Numbered from the stretch's first letter, positions 7,537-17,005 are shown. The stretch: DNA of 34,447 bases from Candidatus Pacearchaeota archaeon (GCA_023475035.1 JAMCXF010000008.1:2643-37089), one strand, 5' to 3'. Notes: generated from the letters alone by a model not told the origin. Program-made: numbers and translations.

Positions 7537-8208
7537 TTACTTTCCAAACCTTCTCTCTCTTTTATCAAATTCTTCTATTGCTTCTTTCAAATCCTCTTTT
7601 GTAAACTCAGGCCACATCTTGTCTGAAAAAATCCATTCGCTATAAACAGACTGCCATGGGAGAAAATTGCTTGTTCTTTTTTCTCCGCCAGTTCTTATTA
7701 TTAAATCAGGATAATCTGAAAGCCATAAACTTTCCTGAAAACTTTTTTCATTTATCTCTTTTTTTTCTGCAACTATCTTTTTAATTGCTGACAAAATCTC
7801 TTGTCTTCCGCCGTATGCAATTGCAAAGTTTATGACATAATCATTATATTTTTCAGTTTTTCTCTCTATCCTCTTCATAAGTTTTTGCAAATCATTATCT
7901 AAGAGTTCTTTTTGCCCTATAAACCTTATTTTTATTTTATTTTTTTCAATTTTGCTGTCTTTCTCTAACTTCATGAACCATTTTTTTATAAGCTCCATTA
8001 AAAAATTAACTTCTTCTCTTGTTCTGTTAAAATTTTCCAGAGAGAAACAATATAATGTCAGTTCTTTTATTCCCAATTCTCTGCCCCAGTCAAACAAACT
8101 TTCAACTTTTCTCGCTCCTGCTTCGTGTCCTTCCCATAATTTCTTTTTTGCTTTTTGAGCGAATCTTCTATTTCCATCGAGGATAATTCCAATATGCAAA
8201 TTTTTCAT
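7537..8208 (-). CDS. uppS: cis-prenyltransferase (undecaprenyl/polyprenyl diphosphate synthase)
   Basis: HIGIILDGNRR, FSLENFNR, YGGRQEI, PDLIIRTGGEKRTSNFLPWQ, RERRFGK. Confidence 0.98.
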   Translation of the reverse strand: MKNLHIGIILDGNRRFAQKAKKKLWEGHEAGARKVESLFDWGRELGIKELTLYCFSLENFNRTREEVNFLMELIKKWFMKLEKDSKIEKNKIKIRFIGQKELLDNDLQKLMKRIERKTEKYNDYVINFAIAYGGRQEILSAIKKIVAEKKEINEKSFQESLWLSDYPDLIIRTGGEKRTSNFLPWQSVYSEWIFSDKMWPEFTKEDLKEAIEEFDKRERRFGK

Positions 8209-8210
8209 TA

Positions 8211-8888
8211 TTAATTTTTGACACTCAATTCCAAAATTAATTTCCCATTAGAAAGAGTGTAATCTTTTATCGGCAGATTTATCGGGATTATTTTTGTATA
8301 TGCTTTCTTTTTTCCAATCGCTTTTATTTCGATGCTGTTTTCAAGTTTGACTACAGAAACATCTTCTGTTGATTTTACTCCCGGCATTTCAAGTTCATAT
8401 ACAATTTTATCAGAAAATCTTCTGACATCTGTTTTAGGCTCTTCTCTCGGCAATGCAGAAAACTCTTTTGTCTTTTCTTTTGTGAAAAGGTTTGATTTGA
8501 ACTTTTTTGTTTTTTCTTCTTTTTCAGCAATTTTCTGATTATTCCCGAGCTGAGTAACTTTTATTTTTGGAGGGCCATTTCCGAAAGTTGAAATGCTTAT
8601 GCTTATTCCATCTTTTTTTATTTTTCTTGGCTCTTTGCTTTCTTTGAACAAGTCATTTTTTAACTGAGAATCCATTTCCTTGCTCAAATTTTTTATAAGT
8701 GAATTAAAAATTGAATTAAGTCCTGCAGGAAGCATTATGTCACTTGAAGACATGAAATTATCATCTTTCCCGAGCATTCCCCAGTCGTCGTTATTCCTGT
8801 CATCAATTTTGCTTCCGCAATAAGGGCAAAAGCTATATTTGTCTTCAATACTTTTTTTACATTTATTGCATTTATTTTTCTTAAACAT
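8211..8888 (-). CDS. N-terminal zinc ribbon plus C-terminal HSP20/alpha-crystallin-like domain protein
   Basis: CNKC...FCPYCG at the N-terminus; REEPKTDV...ELEMPGVK...IEIKA...INLP...NGKLILEL at the C-terminus. Confidence 0.8.
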   Translation of the reverse strand: MFKKNKCNKCKKSIEDKYSFCPYCGSKIDDRNNDDWGMLGKDDNFMSSSDIMLPAGLNSIFNSLIKNLSKEMDSQLKNDLFKESKEPRKIKKDGISISISTFGNGPPKIKVTQLGNNQKIAEKEEKTKKFKSNLFTKEKTKEFSALPREEPKTDVRRFSDKIVYELEMPGVKSTEDVSVVKLENSIEIKAIGKKKAYTKIIPINLPIKDYTLSNGKLILELSVKN

Positions 8889-8959
8889 TTGTAAAATTTT
8901 TCTTAAAACCCCAATATTTTATATCGAAATTCATTTAAATAATTTTGGTAGGGAAATTA

Positions 8960-9030
8960 TGCGCCGTTCGGGAATTGAACCCGACTCTAAACCTTGGGAA
9001 GGTTTCATTCTGCCGATGAACTAACAGCGC
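8960..9030 (-). tRNA. tRNA-Gly(CCC)
   Basis: GCGCTGTTAGTTCATCGGCAGAATGAAACCTTCCCAAGGTTTAGAGTCGGGTTCAATTCCCGAACGGCGCA; anticodon loop TTCCCAA. Confidence 0.95.
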
Positions 9031-9057
9031 GGTAAGGCAACCAAGGTTTCCTTGACC
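9031..9057. repeat. Imperfect palindrome abutting the tRNA-Gly 5' end
   Basis: GGT-AAGG-C-AACC-AA-GGTT-T-CCTT-G-ACC. Confidence 0.55.
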
Positions 9058-9152
9058 CTCAACTTTCCTTTAAATTTCGCTCAAGACTGATTGGTTTTAT
9101 TCTTATTTTTTATTACAATAATTATTTAAATGCTTTAATTATAAATTTTCTT

Positions 9153-9542
9153 ATGGCTAAAAAGCTGGAAAAAAAATTTGAAGAATCCATAATCAAACCC
9201 GAAAGGCAGTTATTGTGGTATAAATTTTCCGAGGCAGACCCTGAAAGGCATTACTGGAATTTTCTTATCATAAATAAAGCTGAAGAAATTGAAAAAATAA
9301 AACAAAAATTGTATGACAATTTAAAACCTATAATATCTGAAAAAGTTATTTTCAAATCTCCTGTTATGGGGCAGGGGTATTTATTCTCGGAATTATTCTG
9401 CATAGAAAGCGCTGTTTGCGAGATTGATTTTTCCAGAATTTACAATGGAAGAGTAAAACATGATTCCAAACGGCTCTATCCAAGAAAAAAGAATAGCGGA
9501 TGGTATGATCTTGAAGACAAAATCCTCATCGGCGACATTTAG
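9153..9542 (+). CDS. Hypothetical protein
   Basis: 129-aa ORF with ATG start and a TATA-like TTTAAATG about 20 nt upstream; no recognised motif. Confidence 0.7.
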   Translation: MAKKLEKKFEESIIKPERQLLWYKFSEADPERHYWNFLIINKAEEIEKIKQKLYDNLKPIISEKVIFKSPVMGQGYLFSELFCIESAVCEIDFSRIYNGRVKHDSKRLYPRKKNSGWYDLEDKILIGDI

Positions 9543-9576
9543 TTAATTTTTTATATTGTTTTTCTGTGTTATTCTT

Positions 9577-10980
9577 ATGAAAAAAAAATTTTATGTTACA
9601 ACAGCAATTGATTATCCGAATGCAGAGCCACATATAGGGCATGCTTACCAGAAAATTATAGCGGATGTTCTCGCACGATGGCATAAGCTTATCGGAGATG
9701 ATGTTTGGTTTTTGACTGGAACTGATGAGCACGGGAAAAAAATTCAGGAGACTGCAGAGAAAGCAGGGAAGTCTCCGAAGGAATTTGTCGACGAAGTTTC
9801 TAAAAAATTTAAGGAAGCGTGGAAATCTTTAGACATTAAATATGACAGATTCATAAGAACAACTGACAAAGACCACGAAAAACTTGTTCAGGAAGTTATC
9901 AAAAAATGTTACGATAACGGCGATATTTACAAAGGAGAATATGAGGGATGCTACTGTGTTGGCTGTGAAGGATACATAACTGAAAAAGATTTGGTTAATG
10001 GCGAATGTCCTTTTCATCCTGGAAAAAAAGTTCAGGTTTTAAAAGAAGAATCTTATTTTTTTAAGCTCAGCAAATATCAAAAATTTCTTTTGGATTTATA
10101 TAAAAAAAATCCTGACTTTATTCTGCCTCCTGAGAGAAGAAATGAAATAATAAACCGAGTTAAAGAAGGATTGAAAGATTTGAGCATTTCGAGAACGAGT
10201 TTTAATTGGGGAATTCCTTTTCCTCTTGATAAGAAACATATAACTTATGTTTGGTTTGATGCTCTTTTCAATTACGTTTCAGGTGCAGGAGAAAAACAAA
10301 AATATTGGCCTGCTAATCTTCATCTTCTTGGAAAAGACAATTCCTGGTTTCATTGCGTTTACTGGCCTGCATTTTTGAAATCAGCAGGATACAAATTGCC
10401 TGAGACTGTTTTTGTTCACGGATTTTTGACATTTAACGGACAGAAAATTTCCAAATCTTTAGGCAATGCAATCTCTCCAAAAATTCTTGCAGAGAAATAT
10501 GGTGCAGATACAATAAGATATTTTGTTTGCAGACAATTTCCTTTTGGCGACGGAGAAGACGGAGATTTTTCAGAAAAAGCTTTGATTGATAGACATAATA
10601 ATGAACTTGCTGACAAACTCGGGAATTTAGTTTCAAGAGTTGCTGCTTTGGCGGAGAAATATGGGATTGAGAAGACAGAGAACAAATTATTGAAAAAATT
10701 GAAATTAAAACAAATTGAAAAACATTTTGAGAAATATGAGTTTGATAAAGTGCTGAATGAAATTTTTGCATTTATTGATATTTGCAATGAATATGTTCAA
10801 AACAAAAAACCATGGGAAACTCACGATAAGAAAGTTCTTTATGAATTAGTTGAAAGCATAAGAGAAATTGCTAAATTGCTTTTACCATTTATTCCTTCAT
10901 CGGCAGAAAAAATCGCAAAGCAATTCAAGAACGACAAAATTAAAAAAGGCGAGATTTTATTTAGGAAAATAGAAAAATGA
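9577..10980 (+). CDS. metG: Methionine--tRNA ligase, compact catalytic subunit
   Basis: FYVTTAIDYPNAEPHIGH, LTGTDEHG, YVWFDAL and KISKS; one zinc knuckle. Start moved to ATG 9577. Confidence 0.97.
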   Translation: MKKKFYVTTAIDYPNAEPHIGHAYQKIIADVLARWHKLIGDDVWFLTGTDEHGKKIQETAEKAGKSPKEFVDEVSKKFKEAWKSLDIKYDRFIRTTDKDHEKLVQEVIKKCYDNGDIYKGEYEGCYCVGCEGYITEKDLVNGECPFHPGKKVQVLKEESYFFKLSKYQKFLLDLYKKNPDFILPPERRNEIINRVKEGLKDLSISRTSFNWGIPFPLDKKHITYVWFDALFNYVSGAGEKQKYWPANLHLLGKDNSWFHCVYWPAFLKSAGYKLPETVFVHGFLTFNGQKISKSLGNAISPKILAEKYGADTIRYFVCRQFPFGDGEDGDFSEKALIDRHNNELADKLGNLVSRVAALAEKYGIEKTENKLLKKLKLKQIEKHFEKYEFDKVLNEIFAFIDICNEYVQNKKPWETHDKKVLYELVESIREIAKLLLPFIPSSAEKIAKQFKNDKIKKGEILFRKIEK

Positions 10981-11033
10981 GACTGCAAATAGAAAATTCG
11001 CCGTTCATTCGCCAGGAGGAACCCGCCAAATGA
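10977..11033 (+). other. 18-codon bridging mini-ORF (MRLQIENSPFIRQEEPAK)
   Basis: Starts in an ATGA overlap with the metG stop and ends in an ATGA overlap with the next start; contains AGGAGG. Translation is unproven. Confidence 0.4.
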
Positions 11034-11368
11034 AACCCGAAATTTCCTACGAAGATTTTGAAAAACTTGACTTGCGAGTTGCAGAAATAATTGACGCAGA
11101 AGAAATTGCAGGCGCTGATAAACTTTGGAAATTAAAAATTGATGCTGGAGAATTGGGAGAAAGAACAATTTGTGCAGGAATAAAACAATATTATCCAAAA
11201 GAGGATTTAGTTGGGAAGAAAATTATTTTGCTTGCAAACCTTGCGCCGAGAAAACTGAAAGGAATTGAAAGTCGGGGAATGCTTCTTGCAGCTTCGACAG
11301 AAAATCACGAAGAAGTAGTTTTGCTTTCGCCTGAAAGTGATATTGAGAACGGGAGTAGGGTTAGTTAA
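11030..11368 (+). CDS. Stand-alone MetRS C-terminal/Trbp111-type tRNA-binding OB-fold protein
   Basis: ISYEDFEKLDLRVAEI, ADKL, RTICAGI, ANLAPRKLKGIESRGMLLAA. Confidence 0.95.
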   Translation: MKPEISYEDFEKLDLRVAEIIDAEEIAGADKLWKLKIDAGELGERTICAGIKQYYPKEDLVGKKIILLANLAPRKLKGIESRGMLLAASTENHEEVVLLSPESDIENGSRVS

Positions 11369-12136
11369 TTATTTTTTTCTTCTGAAAATTATTTCCCAAA
11401 TTGTTGGCTTGTCTTTGTCAGAATCGTAATAAATCCCCAAAATTTTTGAAGCAATTTCTTTGTAAGCCCGTGAAGCGCTGCTTTTTGGATGTGTATGGAT
11501 AACAGCATCTTTCATGCTTAATGACCTTTGCACTGAAATATCTTCGGGAACCATTCCTAAAATAGGAACCTCAAGCATTTCTTTTACTATTTCCGGCTGC
11601 ATTTCAATATCGTTCTTTTTTACTCTGGTGACTATCACTCCTGAAACTGATTTCTTTAATTGTTCTGCAACTTTTATTGCTTTTAATGCATCTGTTATCG
11701 CGGGCATTTCTGGGTTTGTAACTATAATAAGCTCATCTGCCATGCTTATTGTTGAAAGTGCTTCATGTCCTAATCCTGCTGCGCTGTCAACTATAATATA
11801 ATCAGAAATTTTTTTGAAGTCTTCTCTAAAATCGCTTATTTTTTCGGGTTTGATTTTGCTTAATTCTTTTATTGACAAAGAAGAAGGCATTATCTTTATT
11901 CCTGATTCGTGCTCGTAAACTGCTTCATAAGCATCGGCTTTTCCAGAAAGAACGTGATTTAGGTTTACAGGAACTTCTGGAGAATTAAGGTGTATTCCGA
12001 CGTTCGGGGTTGTCAGATTGCCGTCGATTACAAGAACATCTTTGCCGAAAAAGTTTATTGCAGCCCCTAAATTTATTGCAGTGGTTGTTTTTCCAACGCC
12101 ACCTTTACCAGACGTAATCACAATTATTTTCTTCAT
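11369..12136 (-). CDS. minD: MinD-family ATPase
   Basis: SGKGGVGKTT deviant Walker A, VIDGNL, IIVDSAAG, VTNPE, AITDALK. Confidence 0.93.
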   Translation of the reverse strand: MKKIIVITSGKGGVGKTTTAINLGAAINFFGKDVLVIDGNLTTPNVGIHLNSPEVPVNLNHVLSGKADAYEAVYEHESGIKIMPSSLSIKELSKIKPEKISDFREDFKKISDYIIVDSAAGLGHEALSTISMADELIIVTNPEMPAITDALKAIKVAEQLKKSVSGVIVTRVKKNDIEMQPEIVKEMLEVPILGMVPEDISVQRSLSMKDAVIHTHPKSSASRAYKEIASKILGIYYDSDKDKPTIWEIIFRRKK

Positions 12137-12156
12137 TTTAAAGTGTAGAAACTATT

Positions 12157-12597
12157 CTACGATGAAAGAAATTGCTTAACCTTGCTTATAAATTTTTCTA
12201 ACATCTCTGCGTATTCTTTAAGTTTCTCCAAATTTACATCTATTTCTTTTCCCTGATAAAAAATCTTGAGAGTTACATTTTTTCTGAACTCGCCAATTCG
12301 TTCTATTCTTAACTCCTTGATTTTTTTGAACATTTCATACAAGTCAATAACTTCCAAAAATTCTTTATCTTTCTTGAACAATTCTCTTATTTCCTTAATT
12401 TGCCCGACAGGATTTGTTGGAACTGATGAAATTTTTTTTCTTTTTTTTGCGTGCTCGAGAATTCTTTCAATGCTTGTTTCAATCATCCTTCTCCAACGGA
12501 AAAGCAAATTCACAATTACGTCGCAAGTTTTTGTGTACTTGAGACTGACATACAGCAGATGGTCTGCACTAATTTTTTCTTGAATTATTTCTTCCAT
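12157..12597 (-). CDS. Hypothetical helical protein (possibly HEPN-like bundle)
   Basis: 146-aa ORF with ADHLLYVSLKYT near the N-terminus, co-oriented with minD; the fold suggestion is inference. Confidence 0.75.
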   Translation of the reverse strand: MEEIIQEKISADHLLYVSLKYTKTCDVIVNLLFRWRRMIETSIERILEHAKKRKKISSVPTNPVGQIKEIRELFKKDKEFLEVIDLYEMFKKIKELRIERIGEFRKNVTLKIFYQGKEIDVNLEKLKEYAEMLEKFISKVKQFLSS

Positions 12598-12652
12598 AAC
12601 CCCTCAGAAGTATAATTTCATAGTGTGAGGAAGTATTTATATCTTTTGAAAT

Positions 12653-12973
12653 TTAAGACAATTTCAAAATTGCTTCAGCCAAATCACCTGTTTCTTCAAG
12701 AGTTTTTTTTGCTTCAGATTCCGAAACACCTGTTTTTTCCATAATAACTTTTATGTCTTCCTCTGAGAAACTAGTTTCTTCTGAAACCTCGCCTGAAATT
12801 TGGAAAGATTCCTGTCCCTGCATTTTTATTTTTGTTACAGAAGGATTATTTATCACAATCTTGTTTCCGTCCTCTTTTTCTATTATCACTTTTGATGCGG
12901 GAATTTCTGTTTGATTTATTCCCATCTGTTTCATAACAGCCTGCATTTGCTTGGGGTTTATTCCTGGAAACAT
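12653..12973 (-). CDS. nac: Nascent polypeptide-associated complex protein (NAC plus UBA-like domain)
   Basis: NPKQMQAVMKQMGI, INNPSV, GQESFQISG, EEDIKVIMEKTGVS...GDLAEAILKL; start at ATG 12973. Confidence 0.95.
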   Translation of the reverse strand: MFPGINPKQMQAVMKQMGINQTEIPASKVIIEKEDGNKIVINNPSVTKIKMQGQESFQISGEVSEETSFSEEDIKVIMEKTGVSESEAKKTLEETGDLAEAILKLS

Positions 12974-12974
12974 T

Positions 12975-13133
12975 TTATTTAACAAAAAGTCCTAATGCTA
13001 TCCTGAAGATAACCAAAAGAATTACAAATATAACTACGTGGACGGGTTTCAGGTTTAATTTGCTCTCGTATTCTTCTTTGAATTTGACTAATCCGCCTAT
13101 TCCAGAGGGCATGTTTACATTGCTGTCTGCCAT
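12975..13133 (-). CDS. secG: Preprotein translocase subunit Sec61-beta/SecG (52 aa)
   Basis: Not in the ORF track. MADSNVNMPSGIGGLVKFKEEYESKLNLKPVHVVIFVILLVIFRIALGLFVK has the GGLV.F.EE..SK.....P..V signature and one C-terminal TM helix; TTTAAATA lies 21 nt upstream. Confidence 0.92.
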   Translation of the reverse strand: MADSNVNMPSGIGGLVKFKEEYESKLNLKPVHVVIFVILLVIFRIALGLFVK

Positions 13134-13183
13134 AATTTAATTAAAAGGATAAGGTATTTAAAAGTTTCTTGATTGTTCTTTTT

Positions 13184-15553
13184 ATGACTATAAATGACAT
13201 TAAAAACTGGAATATTGAACTTGAAAAAAAGATTACTGACAAATGGAAATCCTCGGAATTGTACAAATTTGACATAAAAACCAAAAAGAAAATTTATTCT
13301 ATAGATACGCCACCGCCATATGTCAATGCTCCTGTTCACATAGGACAGGCGATAACTTATTGTTATATGGATTTTTTTGCTCGATACCGAAGAATGAAAG
13401 GATCTGAAGTTATCTTCCCTTTAGGTTTGGACAGAAATGGTTTGCCTATTGAAATGGCTGCTGAAAAAGCATTTGGGATTTCTCCCTTCAAAGATGGCCG
13501 AGACAAATTTATTGAAGCATGCAAAAAACTTTTGGAACAGACTTCTTCTGAAACTCAAGATACTTTTGCAAAATTAGGAATTTCATTTACTTCATACAAA
13601 GAAGGAAATCACATTGGAGCAGTTTACAAAACAGATTCTTCAGAATATCGAAAAATAACTCAGACAACTTTCATTGAACTTTTCAAAAAAGGTTTAATCT
13701 ATGAAGATAACCGAATAAATAATTGGGACTCAAAATTGCAGACAACTATAGCTGATTCTGAAATTGAATATAAGGATATTCCTTCAACTTTTAATTTTGT
13801 GAAGTGGAAAGTCAAGGAAACAAGGGAAGATATAATCATTGCGACAACGAGGCCTGAACTAATCTGCACTTGCGGAATGGTAATCTTCAATCCTTCTGAC
13901 AAAAGATATAAACATCTCGATGGCAAAACAGCAATTTCTCCGATATTTAACAGGGAAGTTCCAATAAGAGCAAACAAAACTGCTGATATTGAAAAAGGAA
14001 CTGGAATTGTGATGATGTGCTCTGCAGGAGATTTATCTGATATCCAATTTTTCAGGGAACAAAATCTTGAACCGAAAATTGCAATTAACATTGACGGCAC
14101 TATGAACGAAAATGCGGGAATTCTAAAAGGATTAAAAGTAAAAGATGCGAGACAAAAAATAATCGAACTTCTAAAGGAAAAAAAATTACTTGTTAAACAG
14201 GAACATATTACTCACAGAACTCCTATATCTGAAAGAAGCGGCGCTGAAATTGAATTTATTCAAATGCCTGAGTTTTATCTGAAACAAATTGAATTCAAAG
14301 CTGAAATAAAAAAGACTGCAGATAAAATTAATTTTTATCCGAAAGAAGCAAGAAAAATTCTTGATGACTGGATCGATTCAATAAAAATTGACTGGCCTAT
14401 TTCAAGAAGAAGATTTTTTTTTGTCTCGCCACCGTTATGGAAATCAGGAGAATTTATTGCTCTTGGAAAAACAGGAGAATATTATGAACCCTGGAAAGAA
14501 TCTCCTAAGAAAGATTTTGAAGTTTTCAAAGATGGAAAAAAGGCTGGAACAGTAAATGATTTCAAGAATCTGAAATGGGAAGGAGAAACAAGAGTTTTGG
14601 ATACATGGATGGATTCTTCCATCTCTGAACTTGTGATGTTGAAATACAAAACTAATGATGAATTTTTCAGAAAAACTTATCCTGCAAATCTCAGGCCTCA
14701 GGGAAAAGAGATTATCAGGACTTGGTTATATTACACTTTGTTAAGAGGTTATCTTGAAACAAAAAAACCCTGCTTTAAGGACGTATGGATTAATCAGCAT
14801 ATCGTCGACAAACAGGGATATAAAATGTCAAAATCAAAAGGTAATGTAATTGACCCTCAAAAACTTTTGAAACTTTACGGGGCTGAAGCAATTAGGTTAT
14901 GGGCTTCAATTGAGGGGGACTTGTCAAAACAGGATTTGAAATGTTCTGAAGAAAAAATTAATGCCGAAACAAAAACATTAAACAAAATTTTGAACATCGC
15001 AAAATTTGTAACTCTTTTTGAAAAACCTTCAAAGGCAAAAATAACTGATTTTGATAGATTATTTATTGATTATATTGAAGATTTAACAAAGAGAACTGAT
15101 GAGTATTATGAAAATTACGACTTTTACCATCCTGCTTTGGAATTGCGGAGATTCCTTTGGGAAATTTTTGCTTCACATTATCTTGAGAATGTAAAATCAA
15201 GAGCTTATAATCAAGAAAATAGGTTTTCAAAAGAAGAAAGCAATTCTGCAAAATATACTCTTCATTACCTGTTTGACAGATTCTTAATTCTGATTCATCC
15301 GATTATTCCCCAGATAACTTCAATGATTGCTGAAGATAAGGGCATTAATTTGCTGAAAGAAAATTTTCCTAACCCTGCAAAATCAAAACCTAATATTAAA
15401 TTAATGGAATCTCTTATTGAATTTAATTCAAATGTTTGGAAAGAGAAAAAGGAAAAAGGAGTTAGTCTGAGAAATGAGATTGAGGGAATTAAAATTCCTA
15501 AAGAGTTAAAAGCATTTGAAAAAGACTTAATTGCAACACACAATATCAAATGA
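13184..15553 (+). CDS. valS: Valine--tRNA ligase (archaeal type)
   Basis: YSIDTPPPYV, HIGQ, IATTRPEL, GTGIVM, VLDTWMDSSIS, RPQGKEIIRTW, KMSKSKGN; start at ATG 13184. Confidence 0.96.
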   Translation: MTINDIKNWNIELEKKITDKWKSSELYKFDIKTKKKIYSIDTPPPYVNAPVHIGQAITYCYMDFFARYRRMKGSEVIFPLGLDRNGLPIEMAAEKAFGISPFKDGRDKFIEACKKLLEQTSSETQDTFAKLGISFTSYKEGNHIGAVYKTDSSEYRKITQTTFIELFKKGLIYEDNRINNWDSKLQTTIADSEIEYKDIPSTFNFVKWKVKETREDIIIATTRPELICTCGMVIFNPSDKRYKHLDGKTAISPIFNREVPIRANKTADIEKGTGIVMMCSAGDLSDIQFFREQNLEPKIAINIDGTMNENAGILKGLKVKDARQKIIELLKEKKLLVKQEHITHRTPISERSGAEIEFIQMPEFYLKQIEFKAEIKKTADKINFYPKEARKILDDWIDSIKIDWPISRRRFFFVSPPLWKSGEFIALGKTGEYYEPWKESPKKDFEVFKDGKKAGTVNDFKNLKWEGETRVLDTWMDSSISELVMLKYKTNDEFFRKTYPANLRPQGKEIIRTWLYYTLLRGYLETKKPCFKDVWINQHIVDKQGYKMSKSKGNVIDPQKLLKLYGAEAIRLWASIEGDLSKQDLKCSEEKINAETKTLNKILNIAKFVTLFEKPSKAKITDFDRLFIDYIEDLTKRTDEYYENYDFYHPALELRRFLWEIFASHYLENVKSRAYNQENRFSKEESNSAKYTLHYLFDRFLILIHPIIPQITSMIAEDKGINLLKENFPNPAKSKPNIKLMESLIEFNSNVWKEKKEKGVSLRNEIEGIKIPKELKAFEKDLIATHNIK

Positions 15554-16638
15554 AACTAACTATCGACGAATTAAGAGAAAAAGTCACTGAACTTGAAAGC
15601 CACAAAGGAAGGCATACAGAACTGATAAGCGTTTACATTCCTGCGGGTTATGATGTGAATTCTGTGCAAAGGCAGTTAGAAGCAGAAAAATCAACTGCTA
15701 AAAATATCAAGTCAACCACGACGAGAAACAATGTTACTGAAGCTCTTGAAAAAATTGTCCGTTACCTTAAGGGTTTGAAAAAAACTCCTGAAAATGGGCT
15801 TGTTCTTTTTGCTGGGAATGTTTCAAAAGTTGAGGGACAAATGGATCTGCAGTTATGGGATATTGAGCCGCCGCAGGTTCTGAAAAACAGGATGTACCGA
15901 TGCGACAAGGAATTTGTTCTTGAACCTTTGAGAGTAATGCTTGAAGTTTCGGAAATTTTTGGGCTTTTAGTCATGGACAGAAAAGAAGCAACAATAGGAA
16001 TGCTTGAAGGAAAGCGAATTGAAGTTTTGCAGAAAATGACTTCAGGTGTTCCGAGCAAAGTCAGGGCAGGAGGGCAGTCAAGCCAGAGATTCCACAGAAT
16101 AACAGAAGGATTGACAAAAGAGTTTTACAAAAGAATTTCAGAAGAAATGAAAAAAATATTTTTTGAGATGCCTAAATTAAAAGGAATTTTAGTCGGAGGG
16201 CCGATTCCTACAAAAGATGAATTTCTCGACGGAGAATATCTTCCCACAAAACTGCAGGAAAAAGTAATCGGCAGAATTGACATTGGAGATTCAGATGAAT
16301 CAGGGCTTAAGGAATTAGTTGAAAAATCAAGAGATTTATTAGCAGGACAGGAAATTGTCCGAGAGAAAAAAATTCTTGAGAATTTTTTTGAAAATCTCGG
16401 AGAGAAACCGGAATTAACTTTTTACAAGGAAAGTGATGTAAGGAAAGCACTGCAATACGGAGCTGTTGAAACTCTGATTTTATCAAAATCTTTTGACAAA
16501 CAAACCATGAAAGAATTTTCAGACATGGCAGAAAATATAGGCTCTAACATTGAAATTGTTTCCACAGAAACCACGGAAGGCGAACAATTCAATAACCTCT
16601 CAGGAGTCGGCGCGATTTTGAGGTTTAAGGTTCGTTAA
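15550..16638 (+). CDS. prf1: Peptide chain release factor aRF1
   Basis: GRHTELISVYIP, NIKS, YRCD, GGQS motifs; ATGA overlap with valS. Confidence 0.98.
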   Translation: MKLTIDELREKVTELESHKGRHTELISVYIPAGYDVNSVQRQLEAEKSTAKNIKSTTTRNNVTEALEKIVRYLKGLKKTPENGLVLFAGNVSKVEGQMDLQLWDIEPPQVLKNRMYRCDKEFVLEPLRVMLEVSEIFGLLVMDRKEATIGMLEGKRIEVLQKMTSGVPSKVRAGGQSSQRFHRITEGLTKEFYKRISEEMKKIFFEMPKLKGILVGGPIPTKDEFLDGEYLPTKLQEKVIGRIDIGDSDESGLKELVEKSRDLLAGQEIVREKKILENFFENLGEKPELTFYKESDVRKALQYGAVETLILSKSFDKQTMKEFSDMAENIGSNIEIVSTETTEGEQFNNLSGVGAILRFKVR

Positions 16639-16683
16639 TTTCAACTTCATAAATTTTTTAAACATTCAATTTATCTTTCTCCG

Positions 16684-16950
16684 ATGGAAAAATATAATGC
16701 TACTTACATTGAACTTTTGATGAAACTGTACAGCTCTGAACGTCCTGTTCATTGCTCTTACCTAGCTGAAGATTCTTTAACAACAGGCAAAAATCTTCTT
16801 GCTTATGCACATTTTTTAATTGAAAAAGGACTTGTTGAAAAAGTTAAGATATTTCATACAGATAGAGATTCTCCCTGCTTCAGGATTTCTGAAAAAGGAA
16901 AAATATTTGTTGAGAAGATTCTGGATAATTTCCCGTTAATCGGGGATTAA
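16684..16950 (+). CDS. Winged-helix domain protein
   Basis: LIEKGLVE...FRISEKGK wing pattern; TATA-like 8-mer 21 nt upstream. Confidence 0.7.
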   Translation: MEKYNATYIELLMKLYSSERPVHCSYLAEDSLTTGKNLLAYAHFLIEKGLVEKVKIFHTDRDSPCFRISEKGKIFVEKILDNFPLIGD

Positions 16951-17005
16951 AAAAGGATGTCCCATTAATGAATAAATTTAAATTGACATTTTCTTTTTTA
17001 ATATA

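Noticed and set aside
8839-9024. Plus-strand ORFs crossing tRNA genes (this one and 29116-29301)
   Set aside because: They overlap well-formed tRNAs on the opposite strand.
12604-12621. Possible uORF MKLYF upstream of the 146-aa gene
   Set aside because: Its ATG is only 12 nt from the TATA-like box, so it is probably upstream of the TSS.
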